DNA of 64,000 bases, taken from Escherichia coli (lineage in GTDB: Bacteria; Pseudomonadota; Gammaproteobacteria; Enterobacterales; Enterobacteriaceae). The stretch's first letter is position 1. The number at the start of each line of letters is the position of its first letter. Position numbers and translations under genes: made by a program. The stretch lies in the NCBI RefSeq assembly GCF_003790525.1, contig NZ_CP033635.1, one strand, 5' to 3'. The notes beneath the pieces were generated by a model that was not told where the DNA came from, did no database searches, and was given only the letters and a program-made list of their open reading frames with translations. This document shows positions 30,437 through 40,444 of this stretch, piece after piece.

Positions 30437-31705
30437 TCAGGATGCGCAATCCGCATTGTTTTCAGTGATTTCATTGACTTGATTTTTACTTTTACGATTC
30501 ACACGCTGGAGGACCAGTGCGGCGATAAGGCCGATGAATGCGCAAACCAACATGAACAGGAAAACATCCTGATAACCGGCAATACCCGGTTTGCGGTCGA
30601 CCATATTGCCCACCATCGTGTAGCAGTAGATTTCCGGGAAATAGGTCAGTAAAGAGATCAGACCCGCAGCAGTCCCTGTGACTTTTGCCGGGATCCGAAT
30701 CTCATCAATAATTGAGAAGAACACGGCATTCGCAGAGTAAATAAACACGCCCAACGCAACCATATTCGCCAGCGCAATAGTGACGTAGCGCGACTCACCG
30801 GGCAGGAAGAAATAAACGGTAGTAAAGACAATCATGCCGATAAAGGCGTAAATCATAAAACGCGTGCGTGACGCACAGCGGTCGGCCAGTTGTCCGCCAA
30901 TTAATCCCCCCATCGCAAATAACACATAGGCGCGAAGAATACTGGCAACTGCCACTTCCGATTCGCCCATATGCAGGATCTGCGTGAGATACGGCGTGAC
31001 CATGCCAAAGCCGATATAAATTGACCACATACAAAAGGTCACAACACCTGCCAGCCAAACCGTCGGCATTTTCAGCACGAATGCCATATCTGCCAGACGG
31101 AAATTCGCTTTATCTTCGCTGTGCGTTTCATCCTGACAAACAAACCAGGCTAAAACACCGGCCAGAATAGTCACTACGGAATAAAAAATAATTGTCGCCC
31201 GTAAACCATCAACACCTTCGCCAAATTTGGCAAATACCGGCACGGAAAGAAATCCCAGTACAATGGAGGTTAATCCCTTACCCAGAAACCAGTAACCGTA
31301 TAAGCGACCTTGTTCTTCGCTGGTTCCCAGGGTACGAATAATTCGCACACACACGGCCCAAAACGTAAATACGGTTGTAACAGCCCAAAGTGCATGTAAC
31401 AAACAGATCATAGTATACGAGGGGAAGGTCGCATAATAAAAACCACTTATCCCGGTGGAAATTAATGAAAAGGTCATTAATTTACGTGCAGAAAATCTAT
31501 CGGCAGCCCAACCGCCAGGTAGATATAATAAAAAGTTCACCAGACCATAGGCTGTCATTAGAAAACCAAGTTCAGCATTAGTCGCTCCTGTAGCCTGCTG
31601 CATCGCGTCGTAATAGGTTTCCCGTAAATAAGGCAATTTATATATTGCACTTCCGGCAATACCACATAACGCCAGCGTGATCCAACGTTTCCAGTTACTG
31701 GTCAT
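30437..31705 (-). CDS. MFS transporter
   Basis: 422 aa, 12-span hydrophobic profile; immediately upstream of FAD oxidoreductase paralog 2 on the same strand. Confidence 0.75.
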   Translation of the reverse strand: MTSNWKRWITLALCGIAGSAIYKLPYLRETYYDAMQQATGATNAELGFLMTAYGLVNFLLYLPGGWAADRFSARKLMTFSLISTGISGFYYATFPSYTMICLLHALWAVTTVFTFWAVCVRIIRTLGTSEEQGRLYGYWFLGKGLTSIVLGFLSVPVFAKFGEGVDGLRATIIFYSVVTILAGVLAWFVCQDETHSEDKANFRLADMAFVLKMPTVWLAGVVTFCMWSIYIGFGMVTPYLTQILHMGESEVAVASILRAYVLFAMGGLIGGQLADRCASRTRFMIYAFIGMIVFTTVYFFLPGESRYVTIALANMVALGVFIYSANAVFFSIIDEIRIPAKVTGTAAGLISLLTYFPEIYCYTMVGNMVDRKPGIAGYQDVFLFMLVCAFIGLIAALVLQRVNRKSKNQVNEITENNADCAS

Positions 31706-31772
31706 ATTTATTCCCGAATGAAGTATTTAAAATGACACCAACGGCCTGCTTTGCACAGGCCGTATTATTTTT

Positions 31773-32855
31773 TTAAAGTCCCAAATGATGTGCAGTTAAA
31801 ATTGCGCAAAGAACGTCCTGCGCTGTTACTACGAATGGCATATTATGGATAGTTTCCCCTTCAGCAGTCGCTGCTTCAGCCACTGCCCGTAATTTATCTT
31901 TATTAATTTCCTTCACGCCTAACATATGAAGATTTGTCGGCAGACCAACGCTATGGCAGAAATTGAGTACGGTTTCAATTTCCTCCTGTGGTGCGTTTTC
32001 CAGTACGAGCTGTACCAGGACGCCAAATGCCACTTTTTCACCGTGGTAGCAATGATGGCATTCCTCCAGTTGCGTCATGCCGTTATGAATGGCATGAGCT
32101 GCCGCCAGGCCGCTACTTTCAAATCCAATGCCGCTAAGATAGGTATTAGCTTCGATAATATTCTCTACCGCTTTGGTGCTAACACCTTGTTCAACCGCGA
32201 CTTTTGCCTTATAGCCATCTTCCAGTAGCGTGGTATAACAGAGTCGGGCAATAGCCAGTGCCGCCAGTGTCGACGCCCCACCTGCCATTGTGGCTTTTCC
32301 TGACGCCTGATTGGCTCTCGCCTCAAACCAGGTTGACAATGCATCTCCCATACCGGCCACCAGCAGACGCACTGGCGCGGCTGAAATGACGCCAGTATCC
32401 ATAATCACCATATCCGGGTTTTTCGGGAAAAACAGATATTCGCTAAACTGGCCTTCCGGGGTGTAAATTACTGCCAGAGAACTGGTTGGCGCATCTGTGG
32501 AAGCAATTGTCGGCACCACCACTACCGGAATTTTTTGGTAATACGCTACGGCTTTTGCCGTATCCAACGTTTTACCGCCGCCAATACCAATAACGACATT
32601 ATATTTACGCTGATTAAATTTCTCACGAATTCGAGAAATTTCATTTTGCGAGCATTCACCGCAAAAAACATCAAGATCCGCAATAATGTTTTCTCTTGCA
32701 AAGCTCTGGCTTACTCTGTCACCAACCAGACCGGTCACAAATTCATCTGCAATAATTAATGGTTCTGTTCCCAAACTCGCCGCATATGTAGCAATATTAT
32801 CCAGAGAACCATTTCCCTGGATATATTTAGCCGGACTTATAATAATCTTATCCAT
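31773..32855 (-). CDS. Glycerol dehydrogenase-like (iron-containing alcohol dehydrogenase family, GldA paralog)
   Basis: 360 aa; GIGGGKTLDTAKA and GFESSGLAAAHAIHNG motifs as in GldA. Confidence 0.8.
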   Translation of the reverse strand: MDKIIISPAKYIQGNGSLDNIATYAASLGTEPLIIADEFVTGLVGDRVSQSFARENIIADLDVFCGECSQNEISRIREKFNQRKYNVVIGIGGGKTLDTAKAVAYYQKIPVVVVPTIASTDAPTSSLAVIYTPEGQFSEYLFFPKNPDMVIMDTGVISAAPVRLLVAGMGDALSTWFEARANQASGKATMAGGASTLAALAIARLCYTTLLEDGYKAKVAVEQGVSTKAVENIIEANTYLSGIGFESSGLAAAHAIHNGMTQLEECHHCYHGEKVAFGVLVQLVLENAPQEEIETVLNFCHSVGLPTNLHMLGVKEINKDKLRAVAEAATAEGETIHNMPFVVTAQDVLCAILTAHHLGL

Positions 32856-33174
32856 ATCATTCCTCGCGTAACTTGTTTTGCTTCACTGTTAACCTACTCG
32901 TTGCATCCAGTGGCGGCAAACATTTCATTCGCGAAAAATTATGTTTTATGATCGCGCTGTAAAAAACATCATCTGCAGATGATAATAAAAAACACTTTTC
33001 ATGCCTTAATCACAATATATCAATATCCATACTGGTCCCTTTTCATTTTGAAACAACACCATGAATTAACTGTTTCATTATGAATCTTATTATCGTGCGA
33101 TTTGTTTTATTGCGGTTGGAGAATTAATCTCGCAAACATATTTAGCGCGATTTACGTAATTTATCAGAACAGGA

Positions 33175-34245
33175 ATGACTATGAAGAAATTAATTAACCA
33201 GATTGATTCTGTTGTCACAGAACAAATGGAAGGACTCATCGCCACCTGGCCACACCTGCAGGCAAATTACGCGCCCCGATATGTGTGGTGCAAACAAACC
33301 GATAATGCAGTGGCGCTGATTTCAGGCGGCGGCTCAGGCCATGAACCACTGCATGCAGGTTTTGTCGGTATGGGAATGTTAACCGGTGCATGTCCTGGTG
33401 AAATCTTCACATCGCCCACGCCAGATCAAATGATCGAATGTGCCAAAGCGGTTGATAATGGTTCTGGCGTTCTGTTTTTCATCAAAAATTACACAGGCGA
33501 TATTCTGAATTTCGAAACGGCAGTCGAGATGTTACACGAAGAAGGCATCGCCGTTGGGACCGTCATTATTGATGATGATGTAGCGGTAAAAGATAGCCTG
33601 TATACAGCCGGACGTCGCGGTGTTGCGGGTACAGTTTTTGTTGAAAAGATTGTCGGTGCGGCTGCACTTCAGGGATATAACCTGGGGCAGTGCGAGCAAC
33701 TTGGCAAAGATGTTAACAATGCCACCCGTTCTTTTGGCATCGCACTGTCAGCCTGTACGGTTCCCGCCGCGGGAAAACCCTCATTTGAACTGGCTGATAA
33801 TGAAATCGAATTTGGTGTCGGGATCCACGGTGAACCCGGCATTGAACGCCGCACTTTGCAAGATCTGAACACTTTAATCGACAGCGTGATAGCGCAATTA
33901 CTGGATAATACCCCCTGGCGACGCACATTACGCCATTGGGATCGCCATGCGGGGGGATGGATTGACGCATCATCAATGAATGAGTCATTCGATCAAAATG
34001 CCGAATATATTGTGTTAATTAACGGACTTGGCAGCACGCCTGAATCAGAGTTATATGGTGTGGCCAGGGTATTTATGTGCGCCGCACAGCGCCAGGGAAT
34101 TAAAATTAGCCGCCAGTTGGTCGGTAATTATTGTACATCATTAGATATGGCCGGATTTTCCATCAGCCTGCTGAAATGTACCCCAGAGTTTTTGCAACTT
34201 TGGGATGCCCCGGTCAATACGCCAGCGCTTCGTTGGGGATGTTAA
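33175..34245 (+). CDS. Dihydroxyacetone kinase subunit DhaK (paralog)
   Basis: 356 aa; extensive match to recalled E. coli DhaK (LISGGGSGHEP, GEIFTSPTPD, IKNYTGDILNFETA, VIDDDVAVKDSLYTAGRRGVA). Confidence 0.85.
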   Translation: MTMKKLINQIDSVVTEQMEGLIATWPHLQANYAPRYVWCKQTDNAVALISGGGSGHEPLHAGFVGMGMLTGACPGEIFTSPTPDQMIECAKAVDNGSGVLFFIKNYTGDILNFETAVEMLHEEGIAVGTVIIDDDVAVKDSLYTAGRRGVAGTVFVEKIVGAAALQGYNLGQCEQLGKDVNNATRSFGIALSACTVPAAGKPSFELADNEIEFGVGIHGEPGIERRTLQDLNTLIDSVIAQLLDNTPWRRTLRHWDRHAGGWIDASSMNESFDQNAEYIVLINGLGSTPESELYGVARVFMCAAQRQGIKISRQLVGNYCTSLDMAGFSISLLKCTPEFLQLWDAPVNTPALRWGC

Positions 34246-34257
34246 TAAGGACATTAT

Positions 34258-34890
34258 ATGAAAATTCAAAACAAACATGTTATTGCCTGGCTGGAGAGTT
34301 GTGCTGCACATCTCACTGAACAACAAGATTTTCTAACCGCACTTGACAGAGATATTGGTGATGCCGACCACGGCCTCAATATGAATCGTGGTTTCAGTGC
34401 AGTGAAAGCGACGTTGCCCGACATTGAACGTCAGCATATTGGCAATATTCTTAAAAATACTGGCATGAAACTACTTTCCAGCGTTGGCGGTGCCAGTGGT
34501 CCTCTTTACGGCACATTATTTATTCGCGCTTCTGCGGCAGTGGGAGCCAGAACAGAATTAACTCTGGAAGAGTGGCTGGCGTGTCTGGAAGAAGGGATTG
34601 CAGGCGTTATCGCACGAGGAAAAGCAGAACAAGGGGATAAAACACTGTGTGATGTCTGGGTTCCAGTTCTCCACGAAGCCAAAAAGAACCTGCAAGCCGG
34701 AATGTCGCCTTCCCTTCTGCTGAATACGATGGTGCAAGATGCGGCAACAGCAGTCGATAACACCATCAATATGCAGGCGAAAAAAGGACGTGCCAGTTAT
34801 CTCGGCGCTCGCAGTGTGGGCCATCAGGATCCAGGCGCGACCTCCTCCTGGCTGATGATTAAGGCTATGCAGGAAGGATTCGCGGGATAA
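34258..34890 (+). CDS. Dihydroxyacetone kinase ADP-binding subunit DhaL (paralog)
   Basis: 210 aa; LDREIGDADHGLNMNRGF and SSVGGASGPLYGT motifs as in DhaL. Confidence 0.85.
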   Translation: MKIQNKHVIAWLESCAAHLTEQQDFLTALDRDIGDADHGLNMNRGFSAVKATLPDIERQHIGNILKNTGMKLLSSVGGASGPLYGTLFIRASAAVGARTELTLEEWLACLEEGIAGVIARGKAEQGDKTLCDVWVPVLHEAKKNLQAGMSPSLLLNTMVQDAATAVDNTINMQAKKGRASYLGARSVGHQDPGATSSWLMIKAMQEGFAG

Positions 34891-34893
34891 ATT

Positions 34894-37275
34894 ATGGTTG
34901 CCATTGTTATTGTTTCTCATAGTCTACGTCTCGCCCAGGGGGTTGAGGAATTAGCACTACAGATGTCTGGAGGGGACGTTCCTCTGGCCATTGCTGCAGG
35001 TATTGATGATCCGCAAAATCCGATTGGCACTGATGCTATTGCCATTATGTCTGCGATTGAATCGGTCTGGTCACCGGATGGCGTTCTGGTACTCATGGAT
35101 ATGGGCAGTGCGCTGCTTAGTACCGAGATGGCGCTGGAGCTGCTTTCTGAAGAGCAAAGAAGTGCAATTTATCTGCTCGCCGCCCCTGTAGTGGAAGGTG
35201 CCATGTCAGCGGTAACGTCTGCCGCAGCGGGGCTTTCGGTGACGGAGATTATCGCTGAAGTGGATCTTGCGCTGTGTGCTAAACAGCAGCAACTCACGCC
35301 ATCCTCAACTGCAGGCGAGGTTATTCCAGCAATATCACCAATCAATCATTCCGGTGAATGGCAAACTTTTTGCTGGACGATACGTAATCCCCACGGCATT
35401 CATGCTCGTCCGGCAGCCAGCATCCTGAAAGTATCCGCACAATATTCGGCAAACATTATCGTCATCAAAGGCGATAAACGCGCCAGCACCCGCAGTCTCA
35501 ACGAACTGGCAATGCTGGGCGTCCGCTGTGGCGATGAAATCATCTTCCAGGCCGAAGGCACCGATGCCAGTGACGCTCTCAAGGCAATTGAAACGTTGGC
35601 GAAAAATCATTTTGGTGAAGCTCACCTGCTCGCTTCTTCAGAGATTCCGCTAACGGAAACGCCGGTGGTCAGCGCCCCTGTCGATGGCGCAATATCAGGC
35701 TTGTCAGTACAAAATGGTATCGCTATTGGTCCTGTTAAATGGTTTACCTGCGAACGACCAGAAATTACGCAGCGCACCGTCGATTCTCCGCAAGAAGAGC
35801 TGTCGCGAATCGAGTCTGCTATCGACATTGTTGTTTGTGAACTTGCCGATAAAGCGGCAGGCCCTGAAGGCGATATTTTTGCCGCCCATAAAATGATGCT
35901 TGAAGATCCAAAGATTAACCGGCAATTACAGCAACGTCTGGCAAAGGGCAAACAGGCGGAATTCGCATGGTTAGAAGTCATGCAGGCATTAGCAGAGCAA
36001 TATTGTCAGGCGGAAACACTGTATTTACGTGAACGCGAGGCAGATATCCGTGACCTTACACGTCAGGTACTGAACCAGCTTTGCGGGGGAAGTGAACAAC
36101 ACTTTATTACTACCGCGCCCTGCATTTTGTTAGCCAACGATCTGTTGCCATCACAGATAACCAGCCTGAATAAAGCACACATTCTTGGCATTTGTCTTCA
36201 TAATGGCGGAACAACTTCACATACAGCGATCCTTGCCAGAGCAATGGGTATTCCTGCCATTGTGAAGGCAGCTATTACCCCGCAAAACGTCCGCGATAAC
36301 GACACGGTCATTCTTGATGGTGAAACAGGCCGTTTGTGGCTACAGCCGGATGAGGTCACCCGCCTGGATTTACTGCAACGCGCCGAAGCATGGCGGCAAC
36401 AAAGGGATCGTCAGTTAGCTGATGCCATGCAGCCCGCTGTCACGCAAGGTGGGCGAAAAATCAGCGTGCTGGCGAATATTGGTGACCTGCAAGATATTGA
36501 GGCTGCGCTATCTCACGGGGCTGAGGGCGTGGGTTTACTGCGCACAGAGTTTTTATTCCATGAGTCTGCAACATTACCCGATGAAGAAGAGCAGTTTCGC
36601 GTGTATTGTTCTGTTGCTCAGGCTTTTGGCGATAAACCAGTCACCATCCGCACTCTGGATATTGGCGGTGACAAGCCATTACCTTCGTACCCTTTACCCG
36701 CAGAGGACAACCCGTTCCTGGGACTTCGCGGTATCCGGTTGTGCCTGGCGCATCCGCAAATATTTATTCCGCAATTACGCGCACTTCTCCGGGCCGGGAA
36801 AGAATACCCAACGCTGCAAATTATGCTGCCGATGGTTTCAACGCTCGAGGAGGTCAACGCCGTCAAAACGCTGATACAAACGCAGGCAAAACTGCTGGGA
36901 CTTACTGCAGAAAATCTTCCGGCGCTGGGAATTATGATTGAGGTTCCTGCTGCAGTCATGATTGCAGAAAAATTAGCCAGTGAAGTCGATTTCTTTTCCA
37001 TCGGCACCAACGATCTGACGCAATATATTATGGCGGCAGACAGAGGAAATAGCACCGTCGCGGAACTGGTCGATTATCGTAATGACGCGGTGATTAACGC
37101 TATTGCTATGGTGTGTCAGGCCGGACGTAATAATGAAATTCCGGTCAGTATGTGCGGCGAAATGGCTGGAGATACCCAGCAAACAGCACGACTGCTCACC
37201 ATGGGGATTGATAAGCTCAGTGCCAGTCCGTCCCGGCTTCCGGCCTTGAAAGCAGCAATCAGAACCTCCCACTAA
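34894..37275 (+). CDS. DhaM-like multiphosphoryl transfer protein: EIIA(Man-like) + HPr-like + complete Enzyme I
   Basis: 793 aa; N-terminus MVAIVIVSHS ... AAGIDDPQNPIGTDA matches DhaM; HPr-like segment with GIHARPAA; EI phosphohistidine region GGTTSHTAILARAMGIPAIV and C-terminal PEP-utilising region ending FFSIGTNDLTQY. Confidence 0.85.
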   Translation: MVAIVIVSHSLRLAQGVEELALQMSGGDVPLAIAAGIDDPQNPIGTDAIAIMSAIESVWSPDGVLVLMDMGSALLSTEMALELLSEEQRSAIYLLAAPVVEGAMSAVTSAAAGLSVTEIIAEVDLALCAKQQQLTPSSTAGEVIPAISPINHSGEWQTFCWTIRNPHGIHARPAASILKVSAQYSANIIVIKGDKRASTRSLNELAMLGVRCGDEIIFQAEGTDASDALKAIETLAKNHFGEAHLLASSEIPLTETPVVSAPVDGAISGLSVQNGIAIGPVKWFTCERPEITQRTVDSPQEELSRIESAIDIVVCELADKAAGPEGDIFAAHKMMLEDPKINRQLQQRLAKGKQAEFAWLEVMQALAEQYCQAETLYLREREADIRDLTRQVLNQLCGGSEQHFITTAPCILLANDLLPSQITSLNKAHILGICLHNGGTTSHTAILARAMGIPAIVKAAITPQNVRDNDTVILDGETGRLWLQPDEVTRLDLLQRAEAWRQQRDRQLADAMQPAVTQGGRKISVLANIGDLQDIEAALSHGAEGVGLLRTEFLFHESATLPDEEEQFRVYCSVAQAFGDKPVTIRTLDIGGDKPLPSYPLPAEDNPFLGLRGIRLCLAHPQIFIPQLRALLRAGKEYPTLQIMLPMVSTLEEVNAVKTLIQTQAKLLGLTAENLPALGIMIEVPAAVMIAEKLASEVDFFSIGTNDLTQYIMAADRGNSTVAELVDYRNDAVINAIAMVCQAGRNNEIPVSMCGEMAGDTQQTARLLTMGIDKLSASPSRLPALKAAIRTSH

Positions 37276-37285
37276 TTGTGACCTA

Positions 37286-37312
37286 ACGCGATACGTCTTG
37301 CGCGTATCGCGT
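37286..37312. terminator. Bidirectional stem-loop between the dhaM-like gene and iraD
   Basis: ACGCGATACG ... CGTATCGCGT perfect 10 bp inverted repeat followed by TT. Confidence 0.5.
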
Positions 37313-37322
37313 TTCCCGTCAT

Positions 37323-37715
37323 TTACTGCGGCATCGTGCGATGCCAACTCCCCTTCTGCCAGACCAGATCAAACGTTAGCGGTTCATCGTCGTGGTACAG
37401 CATTATCTCAAGGCTGATCGCCAGCGTGTGGCAGTACGCTTCTTTCAAATTGACCTGCAACGCCGCAATCCGTGGCTCATGAAATAACAGTGCAGAACGC
37501 AGCTGACGGCAATACCAGCTCTGAAGATGTTTGTCGCTCTGGTTATGCAGTTGCCACTCGGGCATGCCTGAAACAAGTAATGACGGTAATGCCGAATGAG
37601 GAGAATTAAAAAGTGTGAGGAGATCGCTGCATACCGATTTACGCAGCGATGACGTTTTATTGCCTGAAATTTCAGGTAAAACAGCCTGAAGTGATTGGCG
37701 CATCATTTTGCGCAC
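37323..37715 (-). CDS. iraD: Anti-adaptor protein IraD (YjiD)
   Basis: 130 aa; sequence matches recalled IraD; followed by a long AT-rich upstream region shared with divergent yjiC. Confidence 0.75.
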   Translation of the reverse strand: MRKMMRQSLQAVLPEISGNKTSSLRKSVCSDLLTLFNSPHSALPSLLVSGMPEWQLHNQSDKHLQSWYCRQLRSALLFHEPRIAALQVNLKEAYCHTLAISLEIMLYHDDEPLTFDLVWQKGSWHRTMPQ

Positions 37716-38377
37716 TCCTGACGTTTAGCAACATATGCGGCTTGCCCTGAACACCGGGCACCACTGTATTGATGCTCATTTTCCATAGCCATTCCCTTTT
37801 GTTCATTACATCCATGTCAGTCTGAGACAGGCCTGAATCCTGTCAGCAAAGTATAAAACCTTACTTGCCTATGAATATCTACTGACTTTTCAGGAAAAAA
37901 GTCATGATTTGATAAAAATCATCAAACTCAAAAAAAAACTGCTAGTATATTCTGAATATTTCGAATAGTTATGTAGATGAAAATACTTGTCACCGCTGCT
38001 ACTTAATTCCGGTGGGAAATTATTTATTTCCGCATAATCAGCCATGTACTATTTGAAACAATTAGTTTGTAAATAATATAAATTGATAACATATCAAATA
38101 CATCAAAAATACCATTCATAGGCATTATTAATATAGACATAAATATAGCAACATCAAATTCCAATTAGTAATAAGATATGCTTTTTAATTGCATGAAAAT
38201 AATTTCAAATGAGCGTTTTTTGATACTTTAGAGTGTTTCCTACCCTTTAATATCACCGTGTAGAGTTGATATCACTACAACAGAAACATGCATGTCATTT
38301 TTTTACTTCTTTTTTACTACAGAAAAATTTATCTATTTTTCTAAACATCAGTGAAATACTCATAAAAGGTAACTATT

Positions 38378-39208
38378 ATGTCTATGCCATTAAGCAATGC
38401 CGCTAATAACCAATTCAATACAAATAATCACTTCCTTCATCACCCAAGAGTCGACAATAAGTTAACACGTGAATATGAATATGCACGCATGGATACGGAA
38501 AATATCTATATTATGCCTCTTGTTCGTGGCAATAACCATAATTACGATGGAAAAAGTGTTGTCGAAATTAGAAAACTTAATATTAGCAAACAGTCCTGGC
38601 CATTTAATTATGTGACAGAAACATGCAGAGAATTCAATGGTATTACAACAACAGGACGTATGCTCTATCGAAACTTGAAAATCACCTCAGCTTTAGACGA
38701 AATATATGGTGGTATATGTAAAAAGGCGCATGCTGCCACAGAGTTAGCGGAAGGATTACAACTAAATTTATTTATGAAGAGCCCCTCCGATCCTGTAGAG
38801 GACTATACTGTGCATGAAATAACATTAGGCCCTGGCTGCAATGTTCCTGGTTATGCCGGAACCACGATAGGATATATTTCAACCCTTCCAGCTTCTCAGG
38901 CAAAAAGATGGACCAATGAACAGCCAAGGATTGATATCTATATTGATCAGATAATGACGGTAACAGGGGTAGCAAATTCTTCCGGATTCGCCGTTGCCGC
39001 ATTACTTAATGCTAATATTGAGATGGGAAATGACCCAATAATTGGTATAGAAGCCTATCCCGGTACCGCGGAGATCCATGCAAAAATGGGATATAAAATT
39101 ATCCCCGGTGATGAAGATGCGCCACTCAAACGCATGACTCTGCAACCGTCATCTCTTCCAGAACTGTTTGAATTAAAAAATGGTGAATGGAATTATATTG
39201 GTAAATGA
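38378..39208 (+). CDS. yjiC: Uncharacterised protein YjiC
   Basis: 276 aa; size and position match K-12 yjiC. Confidence 0.75.
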   Translation: MSMPLSNAANNQFNTNNHFLHHPRVDNKLTREYEYARMDTENIYIMPLVRGNNHNYDGKSVVEIRKLNISKQSWPFNYVTETCREFNGITTTGRMLYRNLKITSALDEIYGGICKKAHAATELAEGLQLNLFMKSPSDPVEDYTVHEITLGPGCNVPGYAGTTIGYISTLPASQAKRWTNEQPRIDIYIDQIMTVTGVANSSGFAVAALLNANIEMGNDPIIGIEAYPGTAEIHAKMGYKIIPGDEDAPLKRMTLQPSSLPELFELKNGEWNYIGK

Positions 39209-39348
39209 CTACTGAGAAGAATGAGTACTAACATTCAGGTTATACAGATATTTAAACAATACCCTGCAATTTACAAAGTAATACTCATTGCGATTTCTTA
39301 ATTTAAGAAAGCGCAAGGAACGTTTACCCTTGCGCTTATCATAATAAG

Positions 39349-40122
39349 TCAGGCGTCGACTTTATCCAGCGGCCATGAATCAAACAGATAGCCGTCAAAA
39401 TAAATATCGTCAACGTTCGAAAATTCCAGCAGACGTTGTTTAACGTTTTCCAGATGCTGCCACATTGCCAGCTTCGCCGCTCGGGCATCTTTTTTGATTA
39501 ACGCGGCGAGGATCTGTTTGTGATCGCCCAACCACTCTTTGCGATACAGGCTGTCATCCAGATGGCTGTGCAACTGGATCCACATCGGATTGTTTTCCCG
39601 CCACTGCCAGGACTGACGGAATAGCTCCACCAGCATGCTGTTATGCGTCGCTTCGGCAATGGCGAGATGGAACTGCATGTCACCACTTTCGCTGCTGCCC
39701 GGCGCGCTGGAAGCAAGCTCACGCTCTTCCAGTTGCAATGCCTGACGCATTTTGACGATATCTTCGCGGGTAGCCTGCAAAGCGGCAAATTCCGCGATGT
39801 TACTTTCCAGTAACTGACGCGCCTGTAACAGCTCAAAAGGACCCGCATCATTGCAAACGTTGGCATCCGGACCGTCTGTGTTCTGGCTGTCTGAGCTATC
39901 AAGAACATAAATACCGGCACCCCGGCGCACTTCCACCAGCCCTTTGATCTCCAGCATGATCAGCGCTTCACGTACCACCGTCCGCGTGACATCAAGCATT
40001 TCTGCAATTTCACGCTCCGGCGGCAGCCGTTCGCCAGGATTGTACGGCGTCTTTATGATCAGATCGCGGATCATCGCCCCGACTTCCTGGTAAGGTCTTT
40101 GCGCAGAGGTGACAGATTTCAT
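39349..40122 (-). CDS. uxuR: GntR/FadR-family repressor UxuR
   Basis: 257 aa from ATG 40122 (the track ORF runs further upstream through a repeat element); N-terminal HTH and FCD domain. Confidence 0.9.
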   Translation of the reverse strand: MKSVTSAQRPYQEVGAMIRDLIIKTPYNPGERLPPEREIAEMLDVTRTVVREALIMLEIKGLVEVRRGAGIYVLDSSDSQNTDGPDANVCNDAGPFELLQARQLLESNIAEFAALQATREDIVKMRQALQLEERELASSAPGSSESGDMQFHLAIAEATHNSMLVELFRQSWQWRENNPMWIQLHSHLDDSLYRKEWLGDHKQILAALIKKDARAAKLAMWQHLENVKQRLLEFSNVDDIYFDGYLFDSWPLDKVDA

Positions 40123-40175
40123 AAGTAATATCCATTTGATGAGACTGATAACAAATCCTGTAAAGGGCACGTTCA

Positions 40176-40216
40176 GTCCCCTCGCCCCTTTGGGGAGAGG
40201 GTTAGGATGAGGGGAA
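40176..40216. repeat. GC-rich imperfect-palindrome intergenic repeat (possibly boxC-type), copy 1
   Basis: GTCCCCTCGCCCCTTTGGGGAGAGGGTTAGGATGAGGGGAA; a near-identical copy occurs at 44920-44960. Confidence 0.5.
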
Positions 40217-40444
40217 ATGACTGTAGCCATTACCCTGCCCTATTGCCTTCCTGGACTGGGGAGAAAAACAGTGACTGAATCGCTCATAAACAGGTTTGTC
40301 AGCAATCTGGTTAGATGCGGTTATTTATTTTCAAACTATACCATTAGCACTGGAAGTTGGCACGTACAGGTGGGCAAAAAAACGAAAACTGGTCAACCAA
40401 ATATCAGTTTGATTGACCAGTAAGTCTGTAGGGTAATCAGTTAG

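Noticed and set aside
17012-37322. Classical integrative genomic island or prophage between hypT and iraD
   Set aside because: No integrase, transposase, tRNA gene, flanking direct repeats or phage genes seen, and GC content looks backbone-like; more likely an ancestral variable metabolic region.
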